From: Eledone cirrhosa
Lineage: Eukaryota
Direction: 5' to 3'
Length of the DNA stretch: 64,000 nucleotides
NCBI GenBank assembly: GCA_964016885.1
Contig: OZ024741.1
Coordinates: 188,480,001 to 188,544,000 of the forward strand
Shown here in pieces: positions 1-12,300 of this stretch (the first letter of the stretch is position 1; each line of letters opens with the position of its first letter). The notes beneath the pieces were generated by a model. The model was not told where the DNA came from. It made no database searches and saw only the letters and a list, made by a program, of their open reading frames with translations. A program made the position numbers and the translations under genes.

Positions 1-29
1 GCTTAGAGTGTTTATATATATATATATGG

Positions 30-865
30 TCAGCTTCTTCTTGCCTTGATGTCGCTAAATGAGTGCCTGAGTATTTGTGTTCGGATAAATGGTGCTATAT
101 TGAAATCACTCAATGTGGGAGTCGGACTCCACCAAGCGTGTGTACTGTCACCTCCCCTGTTCATTATTTACATGAACAGTATTGACATGCGCAGCTGGGT
201 TGGAAGTGGTATCACGACTGACAGGTGTAGAATCAGCCGGCTGAAATTTGAAGACAACATGCTATTACTTAACTCAACAGAAAACTTGCACTTGATAGGT
301 TTTATACCGAGTGCTGCATGGATGTAATGAGACATTCATCCTATCAAGGAAGACTGTGTAGTGCACTCTACATGTGGAGTTCCACTGAAGCAGAGGAAGT
401 TAAAGTATCTCAGGCCCATATTCATAAGTGATGGAAGGCTGGAGGCTGAATTAAGTGCAAGAATTGCAGGAGCTGGTGCTGTAATGTACCAGCTTCAGCA
501 TTCAGTAATCAGATGAAGGGAGGTAGGTGTAAATGCCAAATTTGACATATATAGATAGAGTGTGTAGCTCAGAGATCAGGGAACCACTCCAGGTAGAGCT
601 CCTACTTCTTTGAATTGACAGGTTGCAGCTCCAATACTATAGTCATGAGGTTAGGATGTCTCAGGAAATAATTGGTGGGCAAATTTTACAGGCAAGACCA
701 ACCAGCAGGACACCCAGGGGTAGACCCTGGGCAAGATGGTTGATAACATCCATGAGCTCGGCTGGTCAAGTTTGGGGATCCAGGAAACGATTGCTTCTGA
801 CAGGACCCACTGGAAGGAGTGTTTGAGGACTCTGCCCCCATAAACCTCTCAGGAATAAGTTGGTG
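30..865 (+). mobile_element. Decayed RTE-clade LINE fragment (RT C-terminal part and 3' end)
   Basis: ORF 46..327 has VGLHQACVLSPPLFIIYM and LKFEDNM (RT QG..LSP and FADD motifs). Downstream RTPRGRPWARW is typical of the RTE C-terminus. Homologous to 31140-32295 and 27741-28230. Confidence 0.8.
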
Positions 866-894
866 AAGAAAAAGAAGATAAATATATATATATA

Positions 895-1202
895 TGCAAT
901 CGAAAGGTTGTGAGTTCAATTCTCAGACCGGGTGATGTGTTGTTTCCTTGAGCAAGACACTTTATTTCACATTGCTCCAGTTTACTCAGCTGTAGAAATG
1001 AGATGATAGGGACTGAGATCCCTATCATTCCACTGCAAAGTGGTCATGGAGGTGCCACGGCAAAAAAGCACCCAGCACTCACTGTAAATGAGGTTGGTGT
1101 TAGGAAGGGCATCCAGCTGTAGAAATCAAACCAGAATCAGTTCCCGTCCCACCCTTGCAAGCAGGGAAAAGCGGACGTAAAATGAAATGATGATGATGAT
1201 GA

Positions 1203-1204
<2 letters not shown>
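895..1204 (+). mobile_element. 5'-truncated tRNA-derived CORE-type SINE with RTE-like tail
   Basis: Near-identical to 14795-15102. B-box gagttcaattctc, CORE-like ccttgagcaagacacttta, tail gcaagcagggaaaagcggacgtaaaatga(tga)n. Confidence 0.8.
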
Positions 1205-1239
<35 letters not shown>

Positions 1240-1240
<1 letters not shown>

Positions 1241-1421
1241 ATTGTTTCTCTTTTAGGCACAAGGCCAGCAATTATCCAGTACATTACTGGTACTTTATTT
1301 TATCGACCCCGTAAGGATGAAAGGCAAAGTTAACCTCGGCCGGATTTGAACTCAGATCGTAAAGGGACGTAACTCTGCTGGAAAGCATGTCTGACCCTCT
1401 ACCGATATTGCCAATTCATCG
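1240..1421 (-). mobile_element. tRNA-derived SINE (family 2, Meta-domain-like)
   Basis: Reverse complement of the family at 15848-16038 and 39507-39691; contains gcctttcatccttacggggtcgataaaataaagtaccag. Confidence 0.8.
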
Positions 1422-1684
1422 CACACACACATATTCATATGTACATACGTGCGTGTGATGTCTGTCTTAACAAGTTTTGCTCGATGACTGAAAGAGTTAG
1501 AATAATCAAAAGAATTAAAATAATTCAATAATCAGAGCTATTTATCAAATTAAAAATACGAGGAAATAATAGACAAAGATATATATATATTTTTTTAAAG
1601 TCCCGACCGCAGTAATTTATGCACTATAGAAGTGTCCCATATATATATGTATATGTATATGCATAAAAAAATATATATATAATA

Positions 1685-1733
<49 letters not shown>

Positions 1734-1736
<3 letters not shown>

Positions 1737-1828
1737 GGTGTCCCCAAAATGTATACACACTTTGATGACCTGTACAGGCAATATTTATTAGAATGCTGTT
1801 GAAGTGAATATACATGTTTTGGGACACC

Positions 1829-1831
<3 letters not shown>
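1734..1831. mobile_element. 98-bp Tc1/mariner-type MITE
   Basis: TIRs CAGGGTGTCCC..GGGACACCCTG, flanked by TA within a (TA)n tract. Second copy at 48442-48540, degenerate copy at about 21775-21838. Confidence 0.8.
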
Positions 1832-1890
<59 letters not shown>

Positions 1891-2272
1891 GTACTGTATT
1901 GTCCTCCTGTGTTTGTTTTCCTTGTTGACTTTCACACACACACACACACACACACTGATACATACACTCACTGATACATACACACACACAAAAGGAAAGA
2001 AATCAAGGTAGAAATGTGTTTTATTATATACGCACACACACACACACACATGTATTTATATGCATGTATACAAAGGGAGAGAAATGGAACAATAACAGCC
2101 AGAGCAGCAGCAGCAGCAGCAGCAGCAGGACAAAGCAATGCAGAAGAATAAGAAAACAAGATAAGTGAGAATCCCCAGGAATAAGATGAGACCAGCAGAA
2201 GGAGTGTTTGTTTTTGTCACTGTGTGGACCTGCACCTTCTGTGCAACTGCTGATGATGCTCCACCGACTCAC

Positions 2273-2365
2273 CCATCCATCCTGCCATACTAATAATAAC
2301 AGATCTCCTGGAATGTTAGGATTGTCTCACACAAAAGAATGTTAAAGTGCTTTGTCATCTGGTAA
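2273..2365 (-). other. Candidate exon (5'UTR plus possible start codon ATG 2288, MAGWM) of an unidentified minus-strand gene
   Basis: Minus strand: polypyrimidine tract then CTCCTCAG (alternative CAG 7 nt downstream), donor GG|GTGAGT at 2272, ATG in agtATGG Kozak context. All three frames read from the acceptor contain stops, so most of it would be UTR. Confidence 0.4.
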
Positions 2366-3840
2366 CTGAGGAGAAAGAGAGAGGGGAGAGAGGGGGGATA
2401 GATAGATAGAGAGAGAGGGGGAGAGAGAGATAGCTGGATAAATAGATAAAGAGAGAGTGAGTGAGAGAGATATGGTAACTGAGGAGAAAGAGAGAGGGGG
2501 GATAGATAGATAGAGAGAGAGAGGGAGAGAGAGAGATAGCTGGATAAATAGATAAAGAGAGAGTGAGTGAGAGAGATATGGTAACTGAGGAGAAAGAGAG
2601 AGGGGAGGGGGGATAGATAGATAGAGAGAGAGAGGGAGGGAGAGAGGGAGAGAGAGATAGCTGGATAAATAGATAAAGAGAGAGTGAATGAGAGAGATAT
2701 GGTAAATGAGGAGAAAGAGAGAGGGGTGGGGGGATAGATAGAAAGAGAGATAGAGGGAGAGAGGGAGAGAGAGATAGATAGATAGCTGGATAAATAGATA
2801 AAGAGAGAGTGAGTGAGAGAGATATGATAACTGAAGAGAAAGAGAGAGGGGAGAGAGGGGGGATAGAGAGAGGGAGAAAGGGAGAGAGAGAGAGATAGAT
2901 AGCTGGATAAATAGATAAAGAGAGAGTGAGTGAGAGAGATATGGTAACTGAGGAGAAAGAGAGAGGGGGGATAGATAGATAGAGAGAGAGGGGGAGGGAG
3001 GGAGAGAGAGATAGCTGGATAAATAGATAAAGAGAGAGTGAGTGAGAGAGATATGGTAACTGAGGAGAAAGAGAGAGGGGAGAGAGAGGGGGATAGATAG
3101 ATAGAGAGAGAGAGGGAGGGAGGGAGGGAGAGATAGATAGCTGGATAAATAGATAAAGAGAGAGTGAGTGAGAGAGATATGGTAACTGAGGAGAAAGAGA
3201 GAGGGGAGAGGGGGGGATAGATAGATAGATAGAGAGAGAGAGGGAGAGATAGATAGCTGGATAACTAGATAAAGAGAGAGTGAGTGAGAGAGATATGGTA
3301 ACTGAGGAGAAAGAGAGAGGGGAAAAGGGGGGGGGGGTAGATAGAGAGAGAGAGGGAGGGAGGGAGAGAGAGATAGATAGCTGGATAAATAGATAAAGAG
3401 AGAGTGAGTGAGAGAGATATGGTAACTGAGGAGAAAGAGAGAGGGGAGAGAGGGGGGATAGATAGAGAGAGAGAGAGGGGGAGAGAGGGGGGAGAGAGGG
3501 GGGATAGATAGATAGAGAGTGGGAGGGAGGGAGAGAGAGATAGATAGATAGCTGGATAAATAGATAAAGAGAGAGTGAGTGAGAGAGATATGGTAACTGA
3601 GGAGAAAGAGAGAGGGGGAGAGTGAGTAAGTGAAAGAGACATGGTAACTAAGGAGAAAAAGAGAGGGACAGAGAGATAGATAGATAGATATAGTGAGGAA
3701 GTGAGTGAGAGAGACATGGTAACTGAGGAGAAGAGAGAGAGAGAGGAGAGATAGATAGATATAGATAGAGATATAGATAGAGTGAGTGAGTGAAAGAGAC
3801 ATGGAGAGAGAGAGAAGAGGAAAATAAAGAGAGATATACA
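2361..3840. repeat. GA-rich minisatellite, about 110-125 bp unit, about 13 copies
   Basis: Recurrent core gatagctggataaatagataaagagagagtgagtgagagagatatggtaactgaggagaaagagagag with variable GA/GATA spacers. Confidence 0.95.
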
Positions 3841-3874
3841 AGTTAAGTTTAATAGGACCCCTATAACAGGAACT

Positions 3875-4733
3875 CCACCCACCACAACCACCACCGCCAC
3901 CACCACTACAACCACCACTGCCACCACCACCACCACCACAACAACCACCACCACTACAACCACCACCACCAACACCACCACCACCACCACAACAACCACC
4001 ACCGCCATCACCACCACTACAACCACCACCACCATCACCACCACTACAACCACCACCACTACAACCACCACCTCCACCACCACAACCACCACTACAACCA
4101 CCACCACTACCCCCATCACTACAACCACCACCACTACAACCACCACCGCCACCACCACCACCACCACTACAACCACCACCACCACCACCACCATCACCAC
4201 CACAACAACCACCACCGTCACCACCACCACGACAACCACCACCACCACCCCCACTACAACCACCATCACTACAACCACCACCTCCACCACCACAACCACC
4301 ACTACAACCACCACCACTACAACCACCACCACTACAACCACCACCACTACAACCACCACTGCCACCACCACCACCACCACAACAACAACCACCACCACCA
4401 CTACAACCACCACCGTTGGTGATGGTGTTGATGGTGATGGCATTGATGGTGATGGTGATGGCGTTGATGGTGATGGTGTTGATGGTGATGGCGTTGATGG
4501 TGATGGTGTTGATGGTGATGGTGATGGCGTTGATGGTGATGGTATTGATGGTGATGGTGTTGATAGTGATGGTGTTGATGGTGGTGATGGTGATGGTGTT
4601 GATGGTGATGGTGATGGTGTTGATGGTGATGGTGGTGATGGTGATGGTGTTGATAGTGATAGTGATGGTGTTGATAGTGATAGTGATGGTGTTGATGGTG
4701 ATGGTGTTGATGGTGATGGTGATGGTGTTGATG
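3875..4733. repeat. (ACC/ACA)n tract joined directly to a (GAT/GGT)n tract
   Basis: Direct reading; the switch point is at about 4415. Confidence 0.95.
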
Positions 4734-4928
4734 CTATTGTAATATTTAATATTTCGATCTGGGATTTTTTTGCCATTATTTTCTGTTTTTCTGTATTTTT
4801 TTCCAACAATATTTCTACATTTATTAAATAAGGTTCGTTTTTTTTAAAAAATTATTTCTATTATTAATTCCACAACTCTCTGCCTTCAGTCTCCCCCCTC
4901 TTCCTATATCTTTTCATATATATATATA

Positions 4929-7900
4929 CTAGCAGTTTAGCCCGGCGTTGCTCGGGTTTGTTCATTTGCTATGAAAAGTTACAAACAGGTAAACATAGCT
5001 TGAAAGCGCACGCATAAGCTTATCAATTAAGTGCATAAAGCAGTTGAACCGGTTATTAATAGTTACGAACCAATTAGCATTTTGGACAATCAATGATGAG
5101 TTAATAATCTTCCAATAGCGAATTTAGTAGACCAAAGTTGCAAGATGGTGGCCCTGATGCCACTGGGTGCCAGATCTTTCGGCTATGGGTGACCCTACCA
5201 GTTTTCCAGACGGCATAGCTCCAACACCTCCAACACCTACACCAACATCTATAGCACCTCTTCGTAGACGATATTGCGTGTCATCCCTTGAGGAGTGTAA
5301 GCAAAACGTCCATTCCTGCTCGCTACGCGGGAACAGGCAACATAAAGTTGGCCATGGGAGAAGCATGGCTCCTCCAAATGGATGCCCGCTACCGACAATG
5401 TTTGCCCTTGTGACTTGTTAATGGACATGGCAAAACATGGTCTCACCGGGAATTGGGATCGCTGGAAATCAACGGGATATCTGTCGCCGAGGGGAAAAGG
5501 TTCATCCTTGGAATGAAAACATTCTCCCCTCTCCCGCACCCCGTTACAATGGTGTCCTCAATCAAGTGGGGCGTCAGTGACTTGACGACCATGCGAGTAC
5601 CGTTGCACTGCTTTGGTGGACGCAAGTTCCTTATTAGCATAATGGGACAGCCAACCCTAAGCTTAAGAATGTGAGGTGAGAGCCCTGGGGGCTCAAAGGA
5701 ATTTAATAACTCAACCGGATAATTAACGATATCGTCGGGGTCTGACGTTCGGTCAATAGATTTGAAGATGTGCTCTTTACCGGGAATTTTCTCAATCAGC
5801 TGCTCGTTAATAAAATTAACAATGGTATTTTTCGGAGCAAGGATGGCTCTTTCGCTGAGCTAATCGAGGTTTTTAAAGTTAGATGAGACATTAGGAAAAA
5901 CTGCCTCCCAAAGGTCAGAAGGGCTGCTCACAATGTTGCACAGGGAGTCGATTGCTATGCCGCCCTTGTCATCCGCAGGGACCTTGCCCTCACCGAGTGC
6001 TAAAATATTCTGAGCAAATGCTGTAGACATGTTGTCACCATGGAAATGAGCACGCATAGTTGTGCTCAGGTACAAACTCTTCACCTGGAACCACAACATG
6101 GACGACTTAAGACAAGCATGCACTTCATCAGCTCTTGTCCCTTTGAGGATGACAGGAAGGGTTTGCCGAAAATCCCCTGATAGCAGAAGGGTTACGCCTT
6201 CCATAAGAGCCGTAGAATCCCTAATGTCTTTCAGGGTTCTGTCCAATGCCTCAATGGCACCCTTGTGTGCCATTGTGCACTCATCCCAAACAATGAGGCA
6301 ACATTTTTTGAGAACCAGAGCTTCGTGTGAACTCTTGCTGATATTGCATGTTGGTGTCTCAGATTTTACTAAATCCAAGGGGAGTTTAAAGGTTGAATGT
6401 GCTGTCCTGCCTCCCGGCAGCAAAGTAGCAGCGATCCCGGACGATGCAACGGACAACGCAAATTTTTTCTCCTGAAGAATCTTAGCGAGAATCAATTTCG
6501 TTACATAAGTATTTCCGGTACCCCCAGGAGCATCGAGAAAGTAAATACCCCCAGTCTGATTTTGAACCGCGTCAATGATAGTTAAATAGGCCAACCTTTG
6601 GTCCGACAGAAGTTTGGGCTCATTTTCCTCTAAGTATTGGGAAAGAGATTCGATGTCATATGCTGTTTCCCGCAACAAATCCGGGACCAACGTGTTAGCT
6701 TCCTCTCTGACGGTTGACGGCAAGCCATACGTCGCCAACTCACTCCCACCCATGTCGAGGAGGGCATCCTTGATATCAATGAGTGCCCTATTGTAGATAA
6801 TATCGCTGTAACCAACTTCCACTGAAGTATACTGCAGATGAGCCAGGCGCAGGAAGTCCTCAGACATGAAGTCTCTGTACTTGACCCATAAAGATTTGGG
6901 TTCACCCAATTCACACTTTTGAAGCAAAATGGCAAAGAGTTCCCGTAGACTTTTAGATGATTTCAACAAAGCACCCTCTGCTAAAGTGGAATCCCATTGC
7001 GAATCATCTTCCAAAAGACCACGCTTAAAGCAGGCTTCCTGGTACGTATCACATATTTCTCCATCAACAGTTTTGATGTCCTGAAAACTTTGTGGGCCTA
7101 CAACTTCATGCAGAAGAAGGCGGAGATGAAAGCACTCATACTGACTTGGGGGCACAATGTAAACCCTTCAAAGACAGCTGTCAAATTTTACACCAGGATG
7201 TCTTTCAGCAGCCTGACCTGACTTTCTTCGCACCCAAGTGTTTTTCGACCATATAAAGTAGGATGGAACCTGGGAGTACACAATTGTTTGCGCAAATGTA
7301 TCGAACTGGCAAAGTTTGAAGAAACCCGTCAGAGTGGTCTCTTTCGGATCGGCGGCCAACTTGGCAGGGGTTTAGTCCGTAAAGTAAACCCTTTGCCCAT
7401 TTTCCAAATGTACCGCAAGCTGTACGATGGCGGGGTGACGTTGGTGTAGGGGTAAACCAAATAGGCACCAAAAAGCTTCATTGCTACTGATGTACCGCCC
7501 CGCCAGGTATTGTGACCTCGTCCCTGCTACTTTCAGCTTGAAATGCGAACATTGCGGCATCAGAGCCCTTATTTACATATTTGCATATGTATTTTATTGA
7601 CTTGACGGAGTTGCAAAACCCAACGTTGATGTGGGCGTTGAACATCTTCAAGAGAAGCGGGCAGTAAGGGACCACCCATATATTGTCGACTTGACCTCCC
7701 CTTACTGTTGTGGTGAAGCCACCGTTCTCGGGCCGTCTCCGCCTGTACAGGGGGTACCCGTCGCCACCAGTCAGAGTCTGGTCAACAAATTTTTGTGGGT
7801 ATCCCTTACTGCACGACCCCCTTTCAGACACGTGTGAATCTCATTAGGACCCGACGCACACGGACCATGAATCATGTTACCTTTGACAATGTCATGATTT

Positions 7901-9192
7901 TATCAGCTAACCAAATCAAAATGTGAGCATGTGGCAGCCCTCATTTTTGCCATTCGACGGTGAACATGTCACATTTTACAGCTCCAAATACCTGACCTTT
8001 TTTATTAAAGCCATGAGTTTAGCCAGTTTCAGTCTTAACACTCTGGCAATGAGGTCATGTCTGTTCGAATAATTTTGCCCAGGAAAAAGATCACGGGTTA
8101 CATTCCGATTCATATGTCTATAGCATTAATCTGTTATATGAAGTGTTATTTTGCGGGTTGTTATTTGCAATAAGCCGATTGAAAATGCCCCAGATAAGCC
8201 GTATGGCAATACGGAACGCTCCACTGCAGTGTTGTCATATAGGGAGTGAAGAGCGACAGAGAGAGTAAAGCAGTTAAATTATAGAGAGGGGGAATATACG
8301 GAACGCTCCATTTGATCATATACATTGTTTCTCTCTCTGCAGTGGTCTTTGTTGAGAATCATGTAAATAAATGCTTAAGCGTCGTTATTGTTACGTTTGT
8401 TGTTTTATAAATTCATCTGTTGCTTTTGAATATTTGTTATTTGATGTAAAATGTAAGTGTGTAAAATGTAACGTTGAGAGAGCAGTATGTATTTAATGTT
8501 ATCGGCTTTTTAAATTTTGATATTTGATGTATGAGTGTCGTTATGACTGTTTGTTGTTGTATAAAATGATGTGTTGCTTAGTTATCAAAGATTTTGGGAA
8601 TGATCTATTATATATAGAGAGAAGAGCCACGGATAGAGTGAAGCTAGTGTTAAACCTCGAAGCATGAAGAGAGTAAAGCAGTTAAATTATAGAGAGGGGG
8701 AATAATCTATTGTAGAGAGAGGGAAGAGCGACGGAGAGAGTAAAGCTATGGTTGTTGTGTTGCTTGGGTTTCAAAGTTTATGTCGCGTTCCTTCAAAAGA
8801 AGTTTTGTCGTTGTTCTAAATTGTAATGGTGATAGAGTAGTAGACGGAGGCAGTAACCTTTTAAAGAGAGTTGCAGAGGAGATTGAGGGAGGAGTAGAGA
8901 GTGTGATGAACCTTTTAAAGAGAGTTGCAACATGTATGTAGTTTCATATATTTTTGATGGTAGTAGTGAGAGGAATGAAGCGTGTAAGAGAGAGGTTTAC
9001 AGCATGTATTTAGTTTTATCGATTTTTCTTCATAGAAGCAGGAAATATTTGGCAAAAATAATTACGCGTTGACCTACCCTGGTAAATTTGGAGCACATTG
9101 GAAAAAAAATCATCAAAATCGGTAGAGAAATGTGGAAATGCATAAAAATCATACACACACACAGACAGACATCTACCGTTTTATATATATAG

Positions 9193-9193
<1 letters not shown>
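4929..9193 (-). mobile_element. Helitron A (internally deleted, decayed)
   Basis: Minus strand 5' a|TCTATATATATAAAACGG at 9193. 3' hairpin cccgagcaacgccggg followed by CTAG|t at 4929. Contains Rep C-terminal and Pif1 helicase fragments. Confidence 0.93.
5249..8100 (-). pseudogene. Helitron RepHel pseudogene (Rep C-terminal part plus Pif1 SF1B helicase), frameshifted, N-terminal half missing
   Basis: SIKYICKYVNKGSD (Y2 motif), DAPGGTGNT (Walker A K>N), LIVWDECTM, GDFRQTLPV, AMSINKSQGQTL, FSHGQLYVACSRV, ends NIVYEEVL. Split across several ORFs. Confidence 0.92.
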
Positions 9194-9247
<54 letters not shown>

Positions 9248-9346
9248 CGTATATATGTATACATATATACATATATACATATATAAAAAAAATATATATA
9301 TATGTATATATATATATGTGTATATATATATGTATATACATATATC

Positions 9347-12300
9347 TCTATATATATAAAACGGTAGATGTCTGTCTGTGTGTGTATGTATGATTTTTAT
9401 GCATTTCCACATTTCTCTACCGATTTTGATGATTTGTTTTCCAATGTGCTCCAAATTTACCAGGGCAGGTCAATGCGTAATTACTTTTGCCAAAAATGTC
9501 CTGCTTCTATGAAAAAAATCGATAAAACTAAATACATGCTGCAACCCTCTCTCTTACACGCTTCATTCCTCTCACTACCCTCAATCTCCTCCGCAACTCT
9601 GTTTAAAAGGTTACTGCCTCCGTCTCTGAAGCAACGCGACACAAACTTTGATAACCCTCTCTCTTACGCGCTTCATTCCTCTCACTACCCTCAAAGTTTT
9701 CGCTACCAAACACATTCTTTGAATCTACGGTCATGCCACCCAAAAAAAGACCACGACTTAGTCGCCAAACTAAAGCTGCTTCTGCTGCCAAACGAAGAAG
9801 AGCTACAGAGTTGTCCGTTGAAAAATTGACTGGGTTGTCACAAAATGAAACTCGAAATGCAATTACCTGGGCAACCGAGACAGAAAAAAAGAGGAGCATC
9901 CGCCTTTCCGGAAATGCATTTGTAACTGCAGTTGCACGTGCAGCGCAAACTGATGAACAACATTCTCGACGACGAATAAAAAATGCGGCCCCCACCGCTG
10001 CGGCACGTGAGTGAGGACGAAGAACGCCGTTACAGTCGACGACGAAGAGATGCCGCCTCAACTGCTGCGTCACGTGCTGCCGAGGACGAAGGGCAGCGTT
10101 CCAGATGTCAACGTACGGACGCCGCTTCAACAGCTTCCGTTCGCGCATCAGAGACTGCGCAAATTCAATTACAAAGGCTAAACACCAACGCACTCCGCAT
10201 GAGTGCTAAACGAGGCACACAGAGGATCAGTTGCACTCAGTGGTCTCATAAGACTTTCCACTATGACCCAACAGTAAACTATGCACTGATGCCAGACGTT
10301 CAGATTGGATCCATGTCCGTCATTTGCCAATATTGCCGGGCAAAAAAATGGCCTGTGGAGACTTCAGGGATGTGCTGCTCTGACGGCAAAGTGAAACTGC
10401 CTCTTCTACAGGAACCACCACAACCTTTGAAGTCTCTACTGACCGGTGCCACAGCGGAGTCGGAACACTTCCTTCGATGTTCCAGGAGATACAACGCTGC
10501 ATTCCAAATGACCCCTTTCGGAGCTAACATCATACGCGAGGACGGCTTCATGCCTACCTTTAAAGTTCAAGGACAAATTGACCACAGAATCGGTTCGCTA
10601 CTGCCCACGACAGACGGACAGCCCCAGTTCCTACAGCTATACTTTGTCACTGACTATTTGGACCAAGCGGAACGATGCACTTCAATTTCGCCTGGCACAG
10701 ACATGAACATTCTGTTGCAACTCCAGAGAATGCTGCACGAAAACAACAACTACATTCGCAGTTTTAAATGCGCATTGGAGGCTGCTCCGTTGCCAAATTT
10801 TGCTGTTATAATCGACGCTGACAGGAAACTACCAGGCACCCACGCCGGACGTTTTAACACTCCCACGTGCAATGAAATAGCTGTGCTTCTTCGTGGAGAA
10901 CAGTACAACAAGCGGGACATCATACTTCAGTGTAGGGACAATAGTCTGCAACGGATCAGCGAGACGCATAGGTCCTACGACGCATTCCAATATCCCCTAC
11001 TTTTCCCATTCGGTGACGACGGATACCACTTTGGAATTCCTTTGTGCAACAGCAACAAAACTGTTTCCTCTATGCAATTCTACACCTACCGATTCATGGT
11101 CCGCGAATGCTGCTTTAACCAACTCCACCGTGCAAGAGTACTCTTCATCCAGCTTGCTGTAGACACGTGCGCAAAGATGGAATCTGAAAGGCTGTGCTAC
11201 ATAAGGAACAATCAAGGACGCCTTCGTTCGGACAGCTACATTCACTTACGGGATGGAGTAAGGAATGACGTCAATCCCGAGAACCTAGGAAAACATTGTA
11301 TCCTTCCGTCGACCTTCATTGGGAGTCCCCGATACATGAGTGAACGCACACAGGATGCTATGACGTACGTGCATCTCTACGGCAGACCGGATCTCTTCAT
11401 CACTTCAACATGCAACCCTAAGTGGAATGAAATTACAGCGGAATTATTCCCCGGGCAAAGGGCGTCAGACAGACACGATCTTACTGCACGAGTCTTTCAG
11501 TTGAAGTTGACAAAACTTATTGAACTCCTAAAATCAGGTAAGGCCTTTGGAGATGTTAGGTGTTACGTATACACCGTTGAGTGGCAAAAGAGAGGCCTGC
11601 CACACGCTCAGCTACTCATTTGGCTGATAACGAAAATCAATGCAAGCAGCGTTGACAGCATCATTTCAGCAGAAACACCCGACCCAAAATTGGACAGAGA
11701 ACTCCACAACATCGTCACGGCTCACATGGTTCATGGGCCATGCGGAAATAGTTTCAACCTGAATTCTCCATGAATTAAAGAAAGAAGGTGCACCAAGAGG
11801 TATCCTAGGCCAGTCCTCCGAGAAACTTGGACAGGTGGCGACGGTTATCCATTATACCGCCGCAGAGAGCCAGCGGACGGAGGAATTGTTGCGAAAACAC
11901 CACATCACAACGTCGACAACCGATGGATTGTACCCTACTGCCCACTTCTGCTTAAAATGTTTAACGCCCACATTAACGTTGAATACTGCCACTCCGTCAA
12001 ATCGATAAAGTACGTCTGCAAGTATATCAATAAGGGGTCCGATGCTGCGTCCTTTGGTCTTACAATGGAGAACAACCGAGATGAAGTAACTCGATACCAG
12101 GTCGGCCGATACATCAGCAGCAATGAAGCGTTCTGGCTATTCTTCCACTTTGCAATACACGATAACTACCCCTCAATCAAACAGTTGGCGGTGTACCTTG
12201 AAAACGGTCAAAGAGTCTACTTCACCGCCTCCACCGCTGCTGAGATAGCAGAGGAACCCAAGGACACCACACTTACGGCATTTTTTAAGTTATGCCGAAA

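Noticed and set aside
2273-2288. MAGWM start resembling profilin or STAT5 N-termini
   Set aside because: Five codons are not enough to assign a gene.
2361-3760. CRISPR-like regular repeat
   Set aside because: The spacers are low-complexity variants of one another, the context is eukaryotic and there are no cas genes.
2342-4809. Long ORFs of 499 and 514 aa
   Set aside because: They are translations of the GA minisatellite and ACC/GAT microsatellites, with no domain content.
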